A model generated the notes under the pieces. The model did no database searches and was not told the DNA's origin. It was given only the letters and a program-made list of their open reading frames with translations. Below, piece after piece: positions 8,230 to 22,290 of a stretch of DNA of 31,918 bases. Position numbers and translations under genes: made by a program. Source of the stretch: Polyangiales bacterium (GTDB lineage Bacteria; Myxococcota_A; Polyangia; Polyangiales; Houyiibacteriaceae); contig JBGCFM010000117.1 of the NCBI GenBank assembly GCA_045106895.1, positions 1 to 31,918 on the forward strand, read 5' to 3'. Positions within the stretch are counted from its first letter, which is position 1, and every line of letters starts with the position of its first letter.

Positions 8230-9659
8230 TAGTCGCCTCCCGCTTCGACGACCTTCGCCTTTAGAAACCCTTCGCGCAGCTTGACGCGAATCGTCTCGCC
8301 TTTGGCGACGTCTTCGTGGCTCCGAATCGCCTCCCCGTCGCTGAGCGCGATAGCGTATCCGCGTTCGAGCACACGAAGCGGTGACAGAGCGTTCAGGCGC
8401 GCGGCAAGCTCACTCAAACGTGAACCGGCGTTGCGGAGCGCCGGCACGGGCCACCCCTCAAGCTGTGCCACGGTACGCGCGAGGCTGTTTCGCTCCTCCA
8501 GCAGTCGCGACGCCAGCGCGGATTCCAAACGTTTGGCAAGCGCGCTCAGACGCGCCCGGTCGCGGGCAAGACTCACCCGCGGGTCGTGTCGCGCGAGGCG
8601 CGAGGCGAGCTCATCATGGAGGCGGCGGCGGCGGCGCAGCGAAGCCCGCAATGACTCTGGAAGCGCGGTGCTAAGACTCGTCAGGCGGCGGCGCGCGTGA
8701 CTCAAGAGCGCGCCGGGCCGGACGAGACGAGATGCGATGCGCTCGAGCACAAGACGCTTCGCATCGATCTGCGTGGCGAAGGCGATCTGCAGCTTACGTC
8801 GATGTAGCTCAAGGTCGCGTTCCAGATCCTCGAAACGTGGAACCGCTAGCTCGGCGGCGTTCGAGGGTGTGGAGGCTCGCACGTCCGCCACGAGCTCGGC
8901 GATGGTGGTATCGGTCTCGTGTCCAACGCCGCACACGATGGGCACTCGGCATGCGGCGACGGCGCGCGCGACACGTTCATCGTTGAAGCACCACAGCTCC
9001 TCGGCGCTTCCTCCGCCACGACCAAGGATCACAACGTCGAGGTCCGGTAGGGTCTGTACTCGCCGAAGGGCGTCGATAATGGACAGAGGAGCGTCGCGCC
9101 CTTGTGTGCGGCAGTCCACGAGAACGAGACGTGTGGGCGCGCGGCTTGAAGCGACGCGAATCACGTCTTGAACAGCGGCGCTCTGCTGGCTCGTCACCAC
9201 GCCGACGACGCGTGGAAAGCGGGGAAGCGGGCGCTTTCGCTCTGCGCCCAGGAGGCCCTCCGCATCCAAGGTCTTTCGAATCGCATCGAAGCGGGCTGCG
9301 AGGTCGCCTGCTCCGGCGGCGACGACGACGCGCGCCATGAACTGCGCGTTCCCCCTGGGCGGAAAGAATGTGACGGACCCGCGCGTCCGAATGCGGGCGC
9401 CGTCCCGGATCTCGATGCGCACGCGCTCAGCTTCGCTCCGGAAAAGCACGCAACTCAGCTGCGCAACTTCACTTTCATCGCTGAGCGTGAAGTACACGTG
9501 ACCTGCCGAAGAACGCTTGTAGCCGTGCACCTCGCCTTCGACCCAGAAGTCTGGGAAGCGCTCTTGGAGCGTATCTCGGATGGCGCGGTTCACTTCGCCG
9601 ACCCGAAACACACGAGGCTTCCGTGTGCCACGCCGCCCCCACTTTCGTGGTTCGTTCAA
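8229..9659 (-). CDS. xseA: Exodeoxyribonuclease VII large subunit
   Basis: WVEGEV, SAGHVYFTL.D, RGGGSAEELWCFNDE, GVGHETDTTIAELVADVRASTPSNAAE, LSPLRVLERGYA. Likely TTG start at 9659 overlaps the sthA stop (TTGA). Confidence 0.96.
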   Translation of the reverse strand: MNEPRKWGRRGTRKPRVFRVGEVNRAIRDTLQERFPDFWVEGEVHGYKRSSAGHVYFTLSDESEVAQLSCVLFRSEAERVRIEIRDGARIRTRGSVTFFPPRGNAQFMARVVVAAGAGDLAARFDAIRKTLDAEGLLGAERKRPLPRFPRVVGVVTSQQSAAVQDVIRVASSRAPTRLVLVDCRTQGRDAPLSIIDALRRVQTLPDLDVVILGRGGGSAEELWCFNDERVARAVAACRVPIVCGVGHETDTTIAELVADVRASTPSNAAELAVPRFEDLERDLELHRRKLQIAFATQIDAKRLVLERIASRLVRPGALLSHARRRLTSLSTALPESLRASLRRRRRLHDELASRLARHDPRVSLARDRARLSALAKRLESALASRLLEERNSLARTVAQLEGWPVPALRNAGSRLSELAARLNALSPLRVLERGYAIALSDGEAIRSHEDVAKGETIRVKLREGFLKAKVVEAGGD

Positions 9660-11098
9660 GAGCTTTTCTCGGTGGTGCTTAGGCGCCTCGGAGCGATGGA
9701 GCCGCCGGGCGCTTGAAGGGCCGAGATGCAATCGTAGGCCGCTTGTTTGTAGGCTTCTGAGATCGTTGGGTAGTTGAAAACCATCTCCACAAAGAGGTCG
9801 ATGGTGGCTTCCATCAGAATCGCCGCCTGGCCCAAATGGACGAGCTCACTGGCCCGCTCCCCGATGACGTGGGTTCCAAGAACTCGGCGCGACGTCGCAC
9901 AGACGACGAGCTTGATCATGCCGCCAAGGTCACCCTGGATCTGGCCGCGCGCGTTCAAGCGAAAGTCCGCGCGACCGACGACGACGGGCCGGCCCGCTTC
10001 ACGACACGCGCGCTCGCTCTCACCAACGCAGGACACTTCCGGAATTGTGTAGATCCCATAAGGAATGACGGGGCTCATCTTCCGCTGAACATCGACGCCG
10101 AAGGCGCGGCAAACGGCGATACGCCCTTGTTCCATCGAGGCGGAAGCGAGGGCCGGAAAGCCGATCACATCACCGACGGCGTAGATCCCCGGAGCGCTGG
10201 TCTGAAAGTTCTCGTCCACGCTCAAACAACCGCGCATGCAGTGCGCGAGACCGACCGTCTCGAGGCCCAGGTCAGATGTGCAGCCCAAACGCCCTGCCGC
10301 AAATAGGACCTGGTCGGCGCGCATCGTGGAGCCGTCGTCGAACTCTACTTCGGCGGCGCCTCCGACGTCGCGAACAGGGCCCCAGCGTCGTGGACGAACG
10401 AGCGTCACGCCAAGCTCGACCATGGCCTGCTCAAGGCGTTCGCGGATCTCATCATCAAGAAACGAAAGAAGCTCCATGCGCGCATCGACGAGAGTGACGG
10501 CGACACCAAGCGCCGCGAACATACATGCGTATTCACAGCCGATGACACCTGCCCCGAGAACGATCATCGACGAAGGGATCACGTCGATCTCAAGGACCAG
10601 GTCGCTGTCGTGAATGCGCGGGCTCTCGAACTCAACATCGACGGGACGACGCGGAGAGGACCCCGTCGCGACGACCACAATTTCCGTGCTGAGAACACGT
10701 CGCGATCCGTCCACCAAGCTCTCGACGACGACGCGCGAAGGGCCTTCGAGTCGTCCGTGGCCAGCGATGAACTCAACCCCGAGTTCGGAGAGCGTTTGAC
10801 GGATTCGCTTCGACTCAACGGCTGCGATGGAGCGCTTTCGTCGCATCAGCGTCTGTAGCGTCGCGGAACGTTCAAGGTTGACGCCCACTCCATAGAGCTC
10901 GCGTTTTCGGTGGCCGCTCAGGTAGAGAGCGGTCTCGCGGAGCGTCTTGCTCGGAAGAGTCCCCGTATGCACCGCGGCCCCTCCCGGTTCTGGGGCGCGC
11001 TCCACGATGGCCACCCGCTTGCCAAAACTGGCTGCCTGAAGCGCCGCTCGTTCACCGCCGGGACCCGAACCGATGACCACCAAATCGAACTCATTCAC
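9656..11098 (-). CDS. sthA: Si-specific NAD(P)+ transhydrogenase (soluble pyridine nucleotide transhydrogenase)
   Basis: FDLVVIGSGPGG, GGAAVHTGTLPSKTLRE (no redox-active Cys pair), GAGVIGCEYA, GDVIGFPALASASMEQGR, GIYTIPE, FNYPT. GTG start at 11098 preferred. Confidence 0.92.
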   Translation of the reverse strand: MNEFDLVVIGSGPGGERAALQAASFGKRVAIVERAPEPGGAAVHTGTLPSKTLRETALYLSGHRKRELYGVGVNLERSATLQTLMRRKRSIAAVESKRIRQTLSELGVEFIAGHGRLEGPSRVVVESLVDGSRRVLSTEIVVVATGSSPRRPVDVEFESPRIHDSDLVLEIDVIPSSMIVLGAGVIGCEYACMFAALGVAVTLVDARMELLSFLDDEIRERLEQAMVELGVTLVRPRRWGPVRDVGGAAEVEFDDGSTMRADQVLFAAGRLGCTSDLGLETVGLAHCMRGCLSVDENFQTSAPGIYAVGDVIGFPALASASMEQGRIAVCRAFGVDVQRKMSPVIPYGIYTIPEVSCVGESERACREAGRPVVVGRADFRLNARGQIQGDLGGMIKLVVCATSRRVLGTHVIGERASELVHLGQAAILMEATIDLFVEMVFNYPTISEAYKQAAYDCISALQAPGGSIAPRRLSTTEKSS

Positions 11099-11205
11099 GA
11101 GCCCTACTCTAGAGCACATTGTTGCGAGCGTGAGACAGAGAAAACACGTCTCATCGCCATTCACGGACAGGACAAAGCAATCCGTCCTCGCTATAATAGT
11201 ACACG

Positions 11206-12885
<1,680 letters not shown>

Positions 12886-12917
12886 ACGGGGCGACGGTGA
12901 GTCGGCAGAGTCGCCCC

Positions 12918-14369
12918 ATGAGCGACCCCAGAACATCCTCCCTGTGGAAGACCCAGAGCTACGTCGATGGCACCTGGACCACGGGCGGCGACACGTTTGA
13001 AGTAAGCGACCCAGGCACCGGGGAGGTCATCGCTGAGTTTCAGGGGGGCGATGGCGAACTGGCGCTGAGCGCCGTGGACGCGGCGGAGCGCGCGAGCGCG
13101 TCTTGGCGGGCCACCAGCGCTCTTGAGCGTGCAAACCTTCTTCTTAGATGGGCCGACGCGATGGCCGAGCGAGAAGAAGAGCTCGCTCGTATTCTCACCC
13201 TTGAACACGGAAAGCCGCTCAGCGAAGCCGCAGGTGAGATTCGTTATGCGGCGACCTTCGTCCGCTGGTTCGCCGAAGAAGCGCGGCGCTCTTATGGAGA
13301 GACGATTCCATCGGCGTCGGACCGGCGACTCATCGTTGTCCGCGAGCCAATTGGCATCGGCGCTGGCATCACGCCGTGGAACTTTCCGAGCGCGATGATC
13401 ACACGCAAGCTCGCGCCGGCGCTCGCCGCGGGATGCACGTTTGTACTCAAGCCCGCAGAGGCGACGCCCTTCTCGGCCCTCGCCCTCGCCGCGCTAACAG
13501 AGGAGGTCGGGCTCCCGAAAGGCGTATTCAATGTTGTGGCGGGGCCGAACCCGGGCGCCATCGCTGGCGTCTGGGTCGACGATATGCGCGTTCGTAAGCT
13601 GAGCTTCACCGGCTCCACAGAGGTCGGCAAAGAGCTCTACACAGCATGCGCACCAACAATGAAACGGGTGAGCCTTGAGCTCGGCGGAAACGCTCCCTTC
13701 ATCGTGTTTGACGACGCAGACCTCGACGCCGCCGTCGATGGGGCCATGAAGGCAAAGTTCCGAAATGGCGGCCAAAGCTGCGTCGCCGCGAACCGTATCC
13801 TCGTGCAGGAGGGCGTCCACGCTGAGTTCATCGATCGCTTGCGGGCGCGCATCGCTGAGCTCGTTGTCGGCAATGGCTTCGACGAGGACTCCACCATCGG
13901 ACCCCTCATCAATGAGCGGGCCCTCGCTTCGGTCCACGAGCTCGTGGACCGCGCGCAGAACGCGGGCGCGGAAGCGCTCGTCGGCGGCTGCCGAGTCGAT
14001 CGGCCTGGTTCCTTCTATCAGCCGAGCCTCATCGTGGGCGTCGAGGGACACATGGAGCTCGCCAGTGACGAGGTCTTTGGGCCCGTCGCCAGCGTGATGA
14101 AGTTCAAGGACGACGACGAGGCCATCGCCCTCGCAAACGCAACCTCCTACGGTCTCGCCTCCTACTTCTACGCCCGCGACGTTGGTCGCATCTGGCGCGT
14201 CGCCGCCGCCCTCGACTTCGGCATGGTCGGCATCAACACGGGGCTCATGTCCACGACGGAGGCCCCCTTCGGTGGAATCAAGATGAGCGGGCTTGGCCGC
14301 GAAGGCTCACGTCATGGGCTCGAGGAGTGGACGCGGCTGAAGTACATCGCGATGGCCGGCCTCGACTGA
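12918..14369 (+). CDS. gabD: NAD(P)-dependent succinate-semialdehyde dehydrogenase
   Basis: ITPWNFPSAMITRK, KLSFTGSTEVGK, SLELGGNAPFIVFDDADLD, KFRNGGQSCV, EVFGPVA, EAPFGGIK.SGLGREGS. Confidence 0.93.
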   Translation: MSDPRTSSLWKTQSYVDGTWTTGGDTFEVSDPGTGEVIAEFQGGDGELALSAVDAAERASASWRATSALERANLLLRWADAMAEREEELARILTLEHGKPLSEAAGEIRYAATFVRWFAEEARRSYGETIPSASDRRLIVVREPIGIGAGITPWNFPSAMITRKLAPALAAGCTFVLKPAEATPFSALALAALTEEVGLPKGVFNVVAGPNPGAIAGVWVDDMRVRKLSFTGSTEVGKELYTACAPTMKRVSLELGGNAPFIVFDDADLDAAVDGAMKAKFRNGGQSCVAANRILVQEGVHAEFIDRLRARIAELVVGNGFDEDSTIGPLINERALASVHELVDRAQNAGAEALVGGCRVDRPGSFYQPSLIVGVEGHMELASDEVFGPVASVMKFKDDDEAIALANATSYGLASYFYARDVGRIWRVAAALDFGMVGINTGLMSTTEAPFGGIKMSGLGREGSRHGLEEWTRLKYIAMAGLD

Positions 14370-14380
14370 GAGTCTTCAGC

Positions 14381-15169
14381 TCAGACCAGGTGCCGAAGCC
14401 GGTAGGCTTCGGCGACGGCGACGATGAGCGGAAGCGGCGCACCAAACCAGCGACCGTCGAGGACACCGATCGTGCCTCCACCCGCTTGGGAGATCTTCAA
14501 GGACGCGCCCCGGCCGCTTGTGTTCATCGCCCGCGGGTTTCGCTCGACAAGCTCGAAGGCGCCGATCTCGTCATAGCCAAACGCCCAAGCGCCGGTGGGC
14601 AGTCCCACGACACAACCGTGCGGCGTGAGGACCAAGACGCGGCGCCCACGTTTGTTTCGACGGCGACGAATATGCGGCAACGCGACGCCAACGCCGAGGG
14701 CTCCAAGAGCCGCGATGGCCCCAACGGCGACTCCGCCGACCAGGCCCACGAGCGTGGCGCCGGCTCCGGCGATGGTCACTCGTTGTGCCATCCGTGCCAT
14801 TCGTCCGGGCCCAGGCCCGATGGGCACCTCGAGGGCGCCGGGAACGTGCTCACCGCCGAGCACCTTGGTCTCCAGCTCCGCGAGCGGCATCGGCTGGTGC
14901 TTGGCTTGACGATACCCGCGCTCTTGAACACGCGCGCGGACGCTCTTGACCAGCGATACGAGCTCACCAAGTTCTTTGTCTGAGCTTCCAGTCACCGAGA
15001 CCCACGGGGGCAAGGGAGGACGGCGTTCGCACAGAACGTAGGCGCTCTTGTCGAGCATCACGGCGCCGAACACCTTCGACCAGGGGACCTCAACGGGCGC
15101 GCCAAAGCCTGTGTGTAGAACACCCTCCTGAGTCAGGGTGATCGCGCCCTGAATCTTGCCCGGCTCCAC
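14381..15169 (-). CDS. Hypothetical membrane protein with PH-like segments on both sides of a TM hairpin
   Basis: 262 aa; ITLTQEGV...VPWSKV and LVLTPHGCVV...FGYDEI segments; hydrophobic hairpin; RGYRQ motif; TAGGTT -10 box 6 nt upstream of the GTG. Confidence 0.7.
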   Translation of the reverse strand: MEPGKIQGAITLTQEGVLHTGFGAPVEVPWSKVFGAVMLDKSAYVLCERRPPLPPWVSVTGSSDKELGELVSLVKSVRARVQERGYRQAKHQPMPLAELETKVLGGEHVPGALEVPIGPGPGRMARMAQRVTIAGAGATLVGLVGGVAVGAIAALGALGVGVALPHIRRRRNKRGRRVLVLTPHGCVVGLPTGAWAFGYDEIGAFELVERNPRAMNTSGRGASLKISQAGGGTIGVLDGRWFGAPLPLIVAVAEAYRLRHLV

Positions 15170-15219
15170 CCCGAGAACCTAGCGCGACACTTTCTTGATG
15201 CACGCGCTATGCTCCGCCG

Positions 15220-16293
15220 GTGAACGCTGCGCGTACTATCGGGCTCCTCGCCGCCGTGTGGTTTGTCTTGATGGGCGTCGCTTGGCTGGCGGACGCATTT
15301 CCGGACGCCGCGCCACAGCACACCCGCGGCTCCGCCGCCGACTACGCCAACATCCCTGACGAGGACCCGAGCCCTAGCGACGACACGCCGGGCTTCACCC
15401 GGGGATCCGCGGCGGACTACGGCGAGCCGAGCGAGACCGCCGGCGACAGCGCGGACCTTCACCCCATTGGGCAGCCGCCGGCTCCCGAGCCTGCTCCAAC
15501 TGACGCCTACGACGGCCCATGGTCAGAGACGACCCAGTGCGACGTTCTAACCGACGTCTCTGCGATTCGTGCAAACGCCGCCACCGCCACCAAACGTGAG
15601 ACGCTTCGCGCCCTCGCCGAGGCGCGCTATCCGCCGGGCGTAGCTTTCGTGGACGCGTTGCCTGATGTGGCGCTCAACACCTTCGCACCGGGTTCGTCTT
15701 TTGAAGAGCTCGTGAGCGCTTTTGACACCGTGGTTCACGAGGGCTCGCACATGTGGGGCGCACAGCACATGCGTCTCGCCCGCAGGACATACTCCATCCT
15801 CCCGGAAGACAGCCGAAACCTTCCCTACTTTCAGACTTTCGACCGGTCTCGTATCTCGGCGGAGCTCGATGGACCGCCCGGCGATAGCTACAGGCGCATC
15901 TACATCGACGGTGAGTCCGGCGCGCAGGGCTTCGAGACGCTTCTCGATGAGACGAACGCCTACGTTCACTCCATCGCCGCGGCGACGTGCATCCGCGACC
16001 TCTTCCCCCAGAACCAGTCCCGCAGCTCCCGCGACGGAATTCTGGCCATGCTCTACTACGTCGGCGAATACCTGCGGATGGCGCGTGTGGACGAACCCGA
16101 TGTGTATCAACGGATCCGCGCAGAAGAGGCCTACGTACGGTTCATCATCGACCAGTGGGAGCGCGCTCATTACTGGCTCGCAAAATCCGCGTCCGCCGCG
16201 CACCTAGGCATCCACGACGACGCCTTCTCCGAGCGGGTTCACGCGAGCCGCATTCGCTCCGAGTATGAGATGTTCCGACGCGCGCTTCCCTAA
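15220..16293 (+). CDS. Exported protein with HExxH zinc-metallopeptidase-like motif
   Basis: N-terminal signal or TM segment; disordered linker; VVHEGSHMWG followed downstream by LLDETNAY (candidate third ligand, gluzincin-like). Confidence 0.7.
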   Translation: MNAARTIGLLAAVWFVLMGVAWLADAFPDAAPQHTRGSAADYANIPDEDPSPSDDTPGFTRGSAADYGEPSETAGDSADLHPIGQPPAPEPAPTDAYDGPWSETTQCDVLTDVSAIRANAATATKRETLRALAEARYPPGVAFVDALPDVALNTFAPGSSFEELVSAFDTVVHEGSHMWGAQHMRLARRTYSILPEDSRNLPYFQTFDRSRISAELDGPPGDSYRRIYIDGESGAQGFETLLDETNAYVHSIAAATCIRDLFPQNQSRSSRDGILAMLYYVGEYLRMARVDEPDVYQRIRAEEAYVRFIIDQWERAHYWLAKSASAAHLGIHDDAFSERVHASRIRSEYEMFRRALP

Positions 16294-16328
16294 GGGCAAC
16301 CGTCGCTCGCTGAAGACGAGCAGGCGCC

Positions 16329-17714
16329 ATGGATCGTGCTACGACACCCCCCGTGCTCTCCCTTCATTTTGTCAGCGGAACGCTAGAGCTGCGAGGCCTC
16401 GGGGAGAGCGACGAGGCGCCAGCTGGCTGCCGCTGGGACCCGCGCGCCGGCTGCCATCGCGCCGAGGCCGTGGATTACGCGGCGGTGGTGATGTCGCTCA
16501 TCAAGGCGAAGACGCCATACGAAGACGAGGCACGCCGCTACGCCGAGCTTGAAGCGGGGCTGCGAATCCGACGTGAGCCACGGCCATTTCAGGCAGAGGC
16601 GATCCGGGCGTGGCGTAAGAACCGCAACCGGGGCGTCGTCGTCTTGCCTACGGGCGCGGGCAAGTCCTACGTCGCTATGATGGCCGTCGACGCGACGCGT
16701 CGCAGCACACTCGTCGTCGCGCCAACGCTGGACTTGGTTCGCCAGTGGTATGACAACTTGAAGACCAGCTTTGGCGTCGAGGTTGGCGTCGTCGGCGGCG
16801 GCGAACACCGCGTCGAGAACATTACCGTCACGACTTACGACAGCGCTCACATTCACATGGAGCACTTCGGCAATCGCTTCGGACTCATCGTCTTCGACGA
16901 AGCGCACCATCTCCCGGGCGAGACCTACTCGCTCTCTGCGCGCATGTGCCTCGCGCCTTTTCGCCTCGGACTCACGGCGACGCCCGAACGTAGCGACGGC
17001 AAAGAGAGTGCCCTGACGCCGCTGGTGGGACCCATCGTCTACCGCCAAGAGATCGTTGAGATGAGCGGTGACTACCTCGCCGAGTACGAGACGATTCACG
17101 TCGACATCGAGCTAAACGAGGAAGAGCGCGCGCGCCACGATGAGGCACGAGCAACCTACCGCGCCTTCGTCATGAGCGAGGGCATCCGCATGTCGAGTCC
17201 CGGCGGCTGGGGCGAGTTTATTCGGCGCTCCACCTACAGCGAGAACGGCCGCAAGGCGATGACCGCATACCGGCTTCAGAAAGAGATCGCCTTCGCGAAC
17301 ACCGCGAAAATCGACTACGTGGAGCACCTCCTGAACGAGCACGCGTCGGACCGATCCATCCTCTTTACACAGGACAACGCCACGGCCTACGCCATCAGCC
17401 GGCGCTTTCTGATTCCCGCGATCACACACCAAACCAAGATCCTTGAGCGCTCGGAGATCCTCACGGGTCTGGCCAGCGGCAAGTACCGCGCCGTGGTGAC
17501 CTCGAAGGTGCTCAACGAAGGCGTCGATGTCCCCGACGCCAACGTGGCCATCATCGTCAGCGGCAGCGGCAGCGTTCGAGAACACGTCCAGCGCCTCGGC
17601 CGCGTTCTTCGAAAGAAGGGCGACAAGCAAGCCACGCTCTACGAGCTGGTCACGGCGGGGACGAGCGAGTCCTTTACTTCCCAGCGACGGAGGGATCACG
17701 TTGCTTACCGCTGA
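16329..17714 (+). CDS. XPB/Rad25(SSL2)-like superfamily 2 helicase
   Basis: PRPFQAEA, LPTGAGKS, VVAPTLDLVRQW, IVFDEAHHL, LGLTATPER, VLNEGVDVPDA, QRLGRVLR, LYELV. Confidence 0.92.
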   Translation: MDRATTPPVLSLHFVSGTLELRGLGESDEAPAGCRWDPRAGCHRAEAVDYAAVVMSLIKAKTPYEDEARRYAELEAGLRIRREPRPFQAEAIRAWRKNRNRGVVVLPTGAGKSYVAMMAVDATRRSTLVVAPTLDLVRQWYDNLKTSFGVEVGVVGGGEHRVENITVTTYDSAHIHMEHFGNRFGLIVFDEAHHLPGETYSLSARMCLAPFRLGLTATPERSDGKESALTPLVGPIVYRQEIVEMSGDYLAEYETIHVDIELNEEERARHDEARATYRAFVMSEGIRMSSPGGWGEFIRRSTYSENGRKAMTAYRLQKEIAFANTAKIDYVEHLLNEHASDRSILFTQDNATAYAISRRFLIPAITHQTKILERSEILTGLASGKYRAVVTSKVLNEGVDVPDANVAIIVSGSGSVREHVQRLGRVLRKKGDKQATLYELVTAGTSESFTSQRRRDHVAYR

Positions 17715-18897
17715 CTTAGTCCGAGCGACGCGCCGTAAAGGCGTGCTGAAGATCACCGCTTGGCGCGGCGACGCCAAAGCCCGCGCGACGATTCTCGCCA
17801 CGAGCTACTCCGTCATCGCCGCGGACATGGTTGGCGAGACACGCCGGGCGCTCATGGACGCCATCGCGGACATCCCCGTGGGCGCTCGCGAACGAAAGCT
17901 GGCCGACGGAATCCGGAAGCTCGTCCTCGACCGCTGCACGTTTGAGAGTGACACCTCTGTGAGTCCCGTGGAGCTTCGGGAATCGATTTTTACTGAGGCA
18001 GCCGAAGCGCGCAGAAATGGCAGCTTCGACCGCGACGCCCTCATCGAGAAAGCGAGCGCAACACACGAAGTGCCGCCGGAAGAGATCGAGCGGCTGCTCT
18101 TTGGCGACCTCAAGGACGCGGCGCGTTTGCTTGAATACGCCCACGCGAGCGGGCCGCAGATCGTGGAAGACTACCAGCGCTCACAAGTGCAAGCGGTGCT
18201 TCTGCGCGCGGAGACCGTCGTCGCGGAGGTCTATTGCAAGTCTGCGACGACGTATCGGGCGCTCTTTCGAAAACTAAAGTTCTTACGCCTGCTCCACGAG
18301 ATCGAAGCCGACGGTGATCGCTATCGCATCACACTAAGCGGCCCCATGAGCTTGTTCCGCTCCAACACGAAATACGGCCTAAGCCTCGCCCTCGCGTTGC
18401 CGAGCATTCAGGCGTGCGATGAGTGGTCCATCGACGCCATTGTCCGCTGGGGGAAGGACCGCTCGAAGGTGGCGTTTCGCGCCGAAGGAAAGTGCGCCGG
18501 TCGCGCCGATGGAGACGGCCTCATCGACGAAGTGCAGGCGTTCTTCGACAAACAGAAAGCGCGCGTTGAAAAGGGTAAGAGCAAGTGGGTGCCGGAGGTA
18601 TGCAGCGAGCTGCTCGCGGTTCCTGGGCTCGGCGTCTGCGCGCCTGACCTTGTGCTGCGCAAGGGGGAGAAGACCGTCTACTTCGAGGTCTTGGGTTTCT
18701 GGAGCCGGGCCGCGGTGTGGAAGCGCGTGGAGCTAGCGGAAGCAGGCCTGCCCGTTCCCATCGTCTTCGCCGTCCAGGCACGTCTCCGCGTGAGCGAAGA
18801 GGTGCTGCCGGACGAGATCCCCGCCGCTCTGTATGTGTACAAAGGCGTCATGTCGCCTGCGCGCGTCGAAGCGTGCCTCGAGAGCGTCATCTCCTAG
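17701..18897 (+). CDS. DUF790-family (Bax1-like) PD-(D/E)xK-type endonuclease
   Basis: TTG start gives MLTADLVR; LFGDL, QAVLLRA, LFRKLKFLRL, LSGPMSLF...TKYG..LA, and nuclease core APDLVL...YFEVLGFW. Overlaps the helicase end by 14 nt. Confidence 0.88.
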   Translation: MLTADLVRATRRKGVLKITAWRGDAKARATILATSYSVIAADMVGETRRALMDAIADIPVGARERKLADGIRKLVLDRCTFESDTSVSPVELRESIFTEAAEARRNGSFDRDALIEKASATHEVPPEEIERLLFGDLKDAARLLEYAHASGPQIVEDYQRSQVQAVLLRAETVVAEVYCKSATTYRALFRKLKFLRLLHEIEADGDRYRITLSGPMSLFRSNTKYGLSLALALPSIQACDEWSIDAIVRWGKDRSKVAFRAEGKCAGRADGDGLIDEVQAFFDKQKARVEKGKSKWVPEVCSELLAVPGLGVCAPDLVLRKGEKTVYFEVLGFWSRAAVWKRVELAEAGLPVPIVFAVQARLRVSEEVLPDEIPAALYVYKGVMSPARVEACLESVIS

Positions 18898-19070
18898 GCC
18901 CGTTTGAGGTACGTGGAGATCGGTCGTAGCCAAACGCAGGCAAAAGTGCTCGTCGTGGGCGATGAACTCGGCGCCGAGGGCTCTCGGTTGACCCCCAGCA
19001 AGCCGCGCGCCTGGCCCAGGATTTTGCCGCGTTTGCGGCGGACTTCGCGCGGACCGGTGCATACCGCTGA

Positions 19071-21644
<2,574 letters not shown>

Positions 21645-21720
21645 CCCATAGACAAGGCCGCCAGCGCGACTTATCTGACAGGCCAAACCCACGTGCAATG
21701 CACCGACAGCGAGAACGACG

Positions 21721-22290
21721 ATGAGCGATCAGCCAAAGAACGACACCGAGCTTAAGAACATGGTTACCGAGCTGCTCCGCGAAGCGCGCCACGAGCGCGA
21801 CAAGTGGGACGGCGCCATCGCTCGGTTGAACGAGTTCATCGACGGGCCCATGTCGTCTGCGGCGCGTCACATCATCGGAGACCTCGCGCGCAAAGAACCC
21901 CTCGAGTTCAAGTGGAAGATCGAGGGTCTCCTTGAAGACACCGCTCCACCGGAGCCCCCAAAGCCTGAGCCCGTTGCTACGCCGGAGGCCGAGGCCGCAC
22001 CTGAACCCGCTCCTGAGGCCCCCCCCGAAGTCCTCCACGATCCAAACGCGCCACTTCGGCCTGAAGACCTCGTGCAGATCTTTGATGACCCACGTGGCCT
22101 GATGATCCACCGCCACGTCGTCACGGGAAATTGGTTTTTGACGCAGGTTGATCCCAGCACGGGACAGCCCCAGACCATGGAGCTCGACGCTGCACAGCGT
22201 GGACAGGTGCAGCAGGAGCTCGCCGGAAGCCCAGGCTGGATGGAACGGGAGTGGGACCTGCGGCCAACTCCTTCGAGCCCGCTCGTTTAG
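21721..22290 (+). CDS. Hypothetical protein (helical N-domain, Pro/Glu linker, small C-domain)
   Basis: 189-aa ORF with typical codon usage, filling the gap between gyrB and the convergent array; no family recognised. Confidence 0.7.
   Translation: MSDQPKNDTELKNMVTELLREARHERDKWDGAIARLNEFIDGPMSSAARHIIGDLARKEPLEFKWKIEGLLEDTAPPEPPKPEPVATPEAEAAPEPAPEAPPEVLHDPNAPLRPEDLVQIFDDPRGLMIHRHVVTGNWFLTQVDPSTGQPQTMELDAAQRGQVQQELAGSPGWMEREWDLRPTPSSPLV

Noticed and set aside
17527..17700. N-terminal extensions given by the ORF track (DUF790 from 17527, gyrB from 19080, xseA from 9731, sthA from 11164, rhodanese from 6954, GIDE B2 from 23726)
   Set aside because: They overlap neighbouring genes or promoters; downstream starts fit family N-termini, paralog lengths, -10 boxes or stop/start coupling better.
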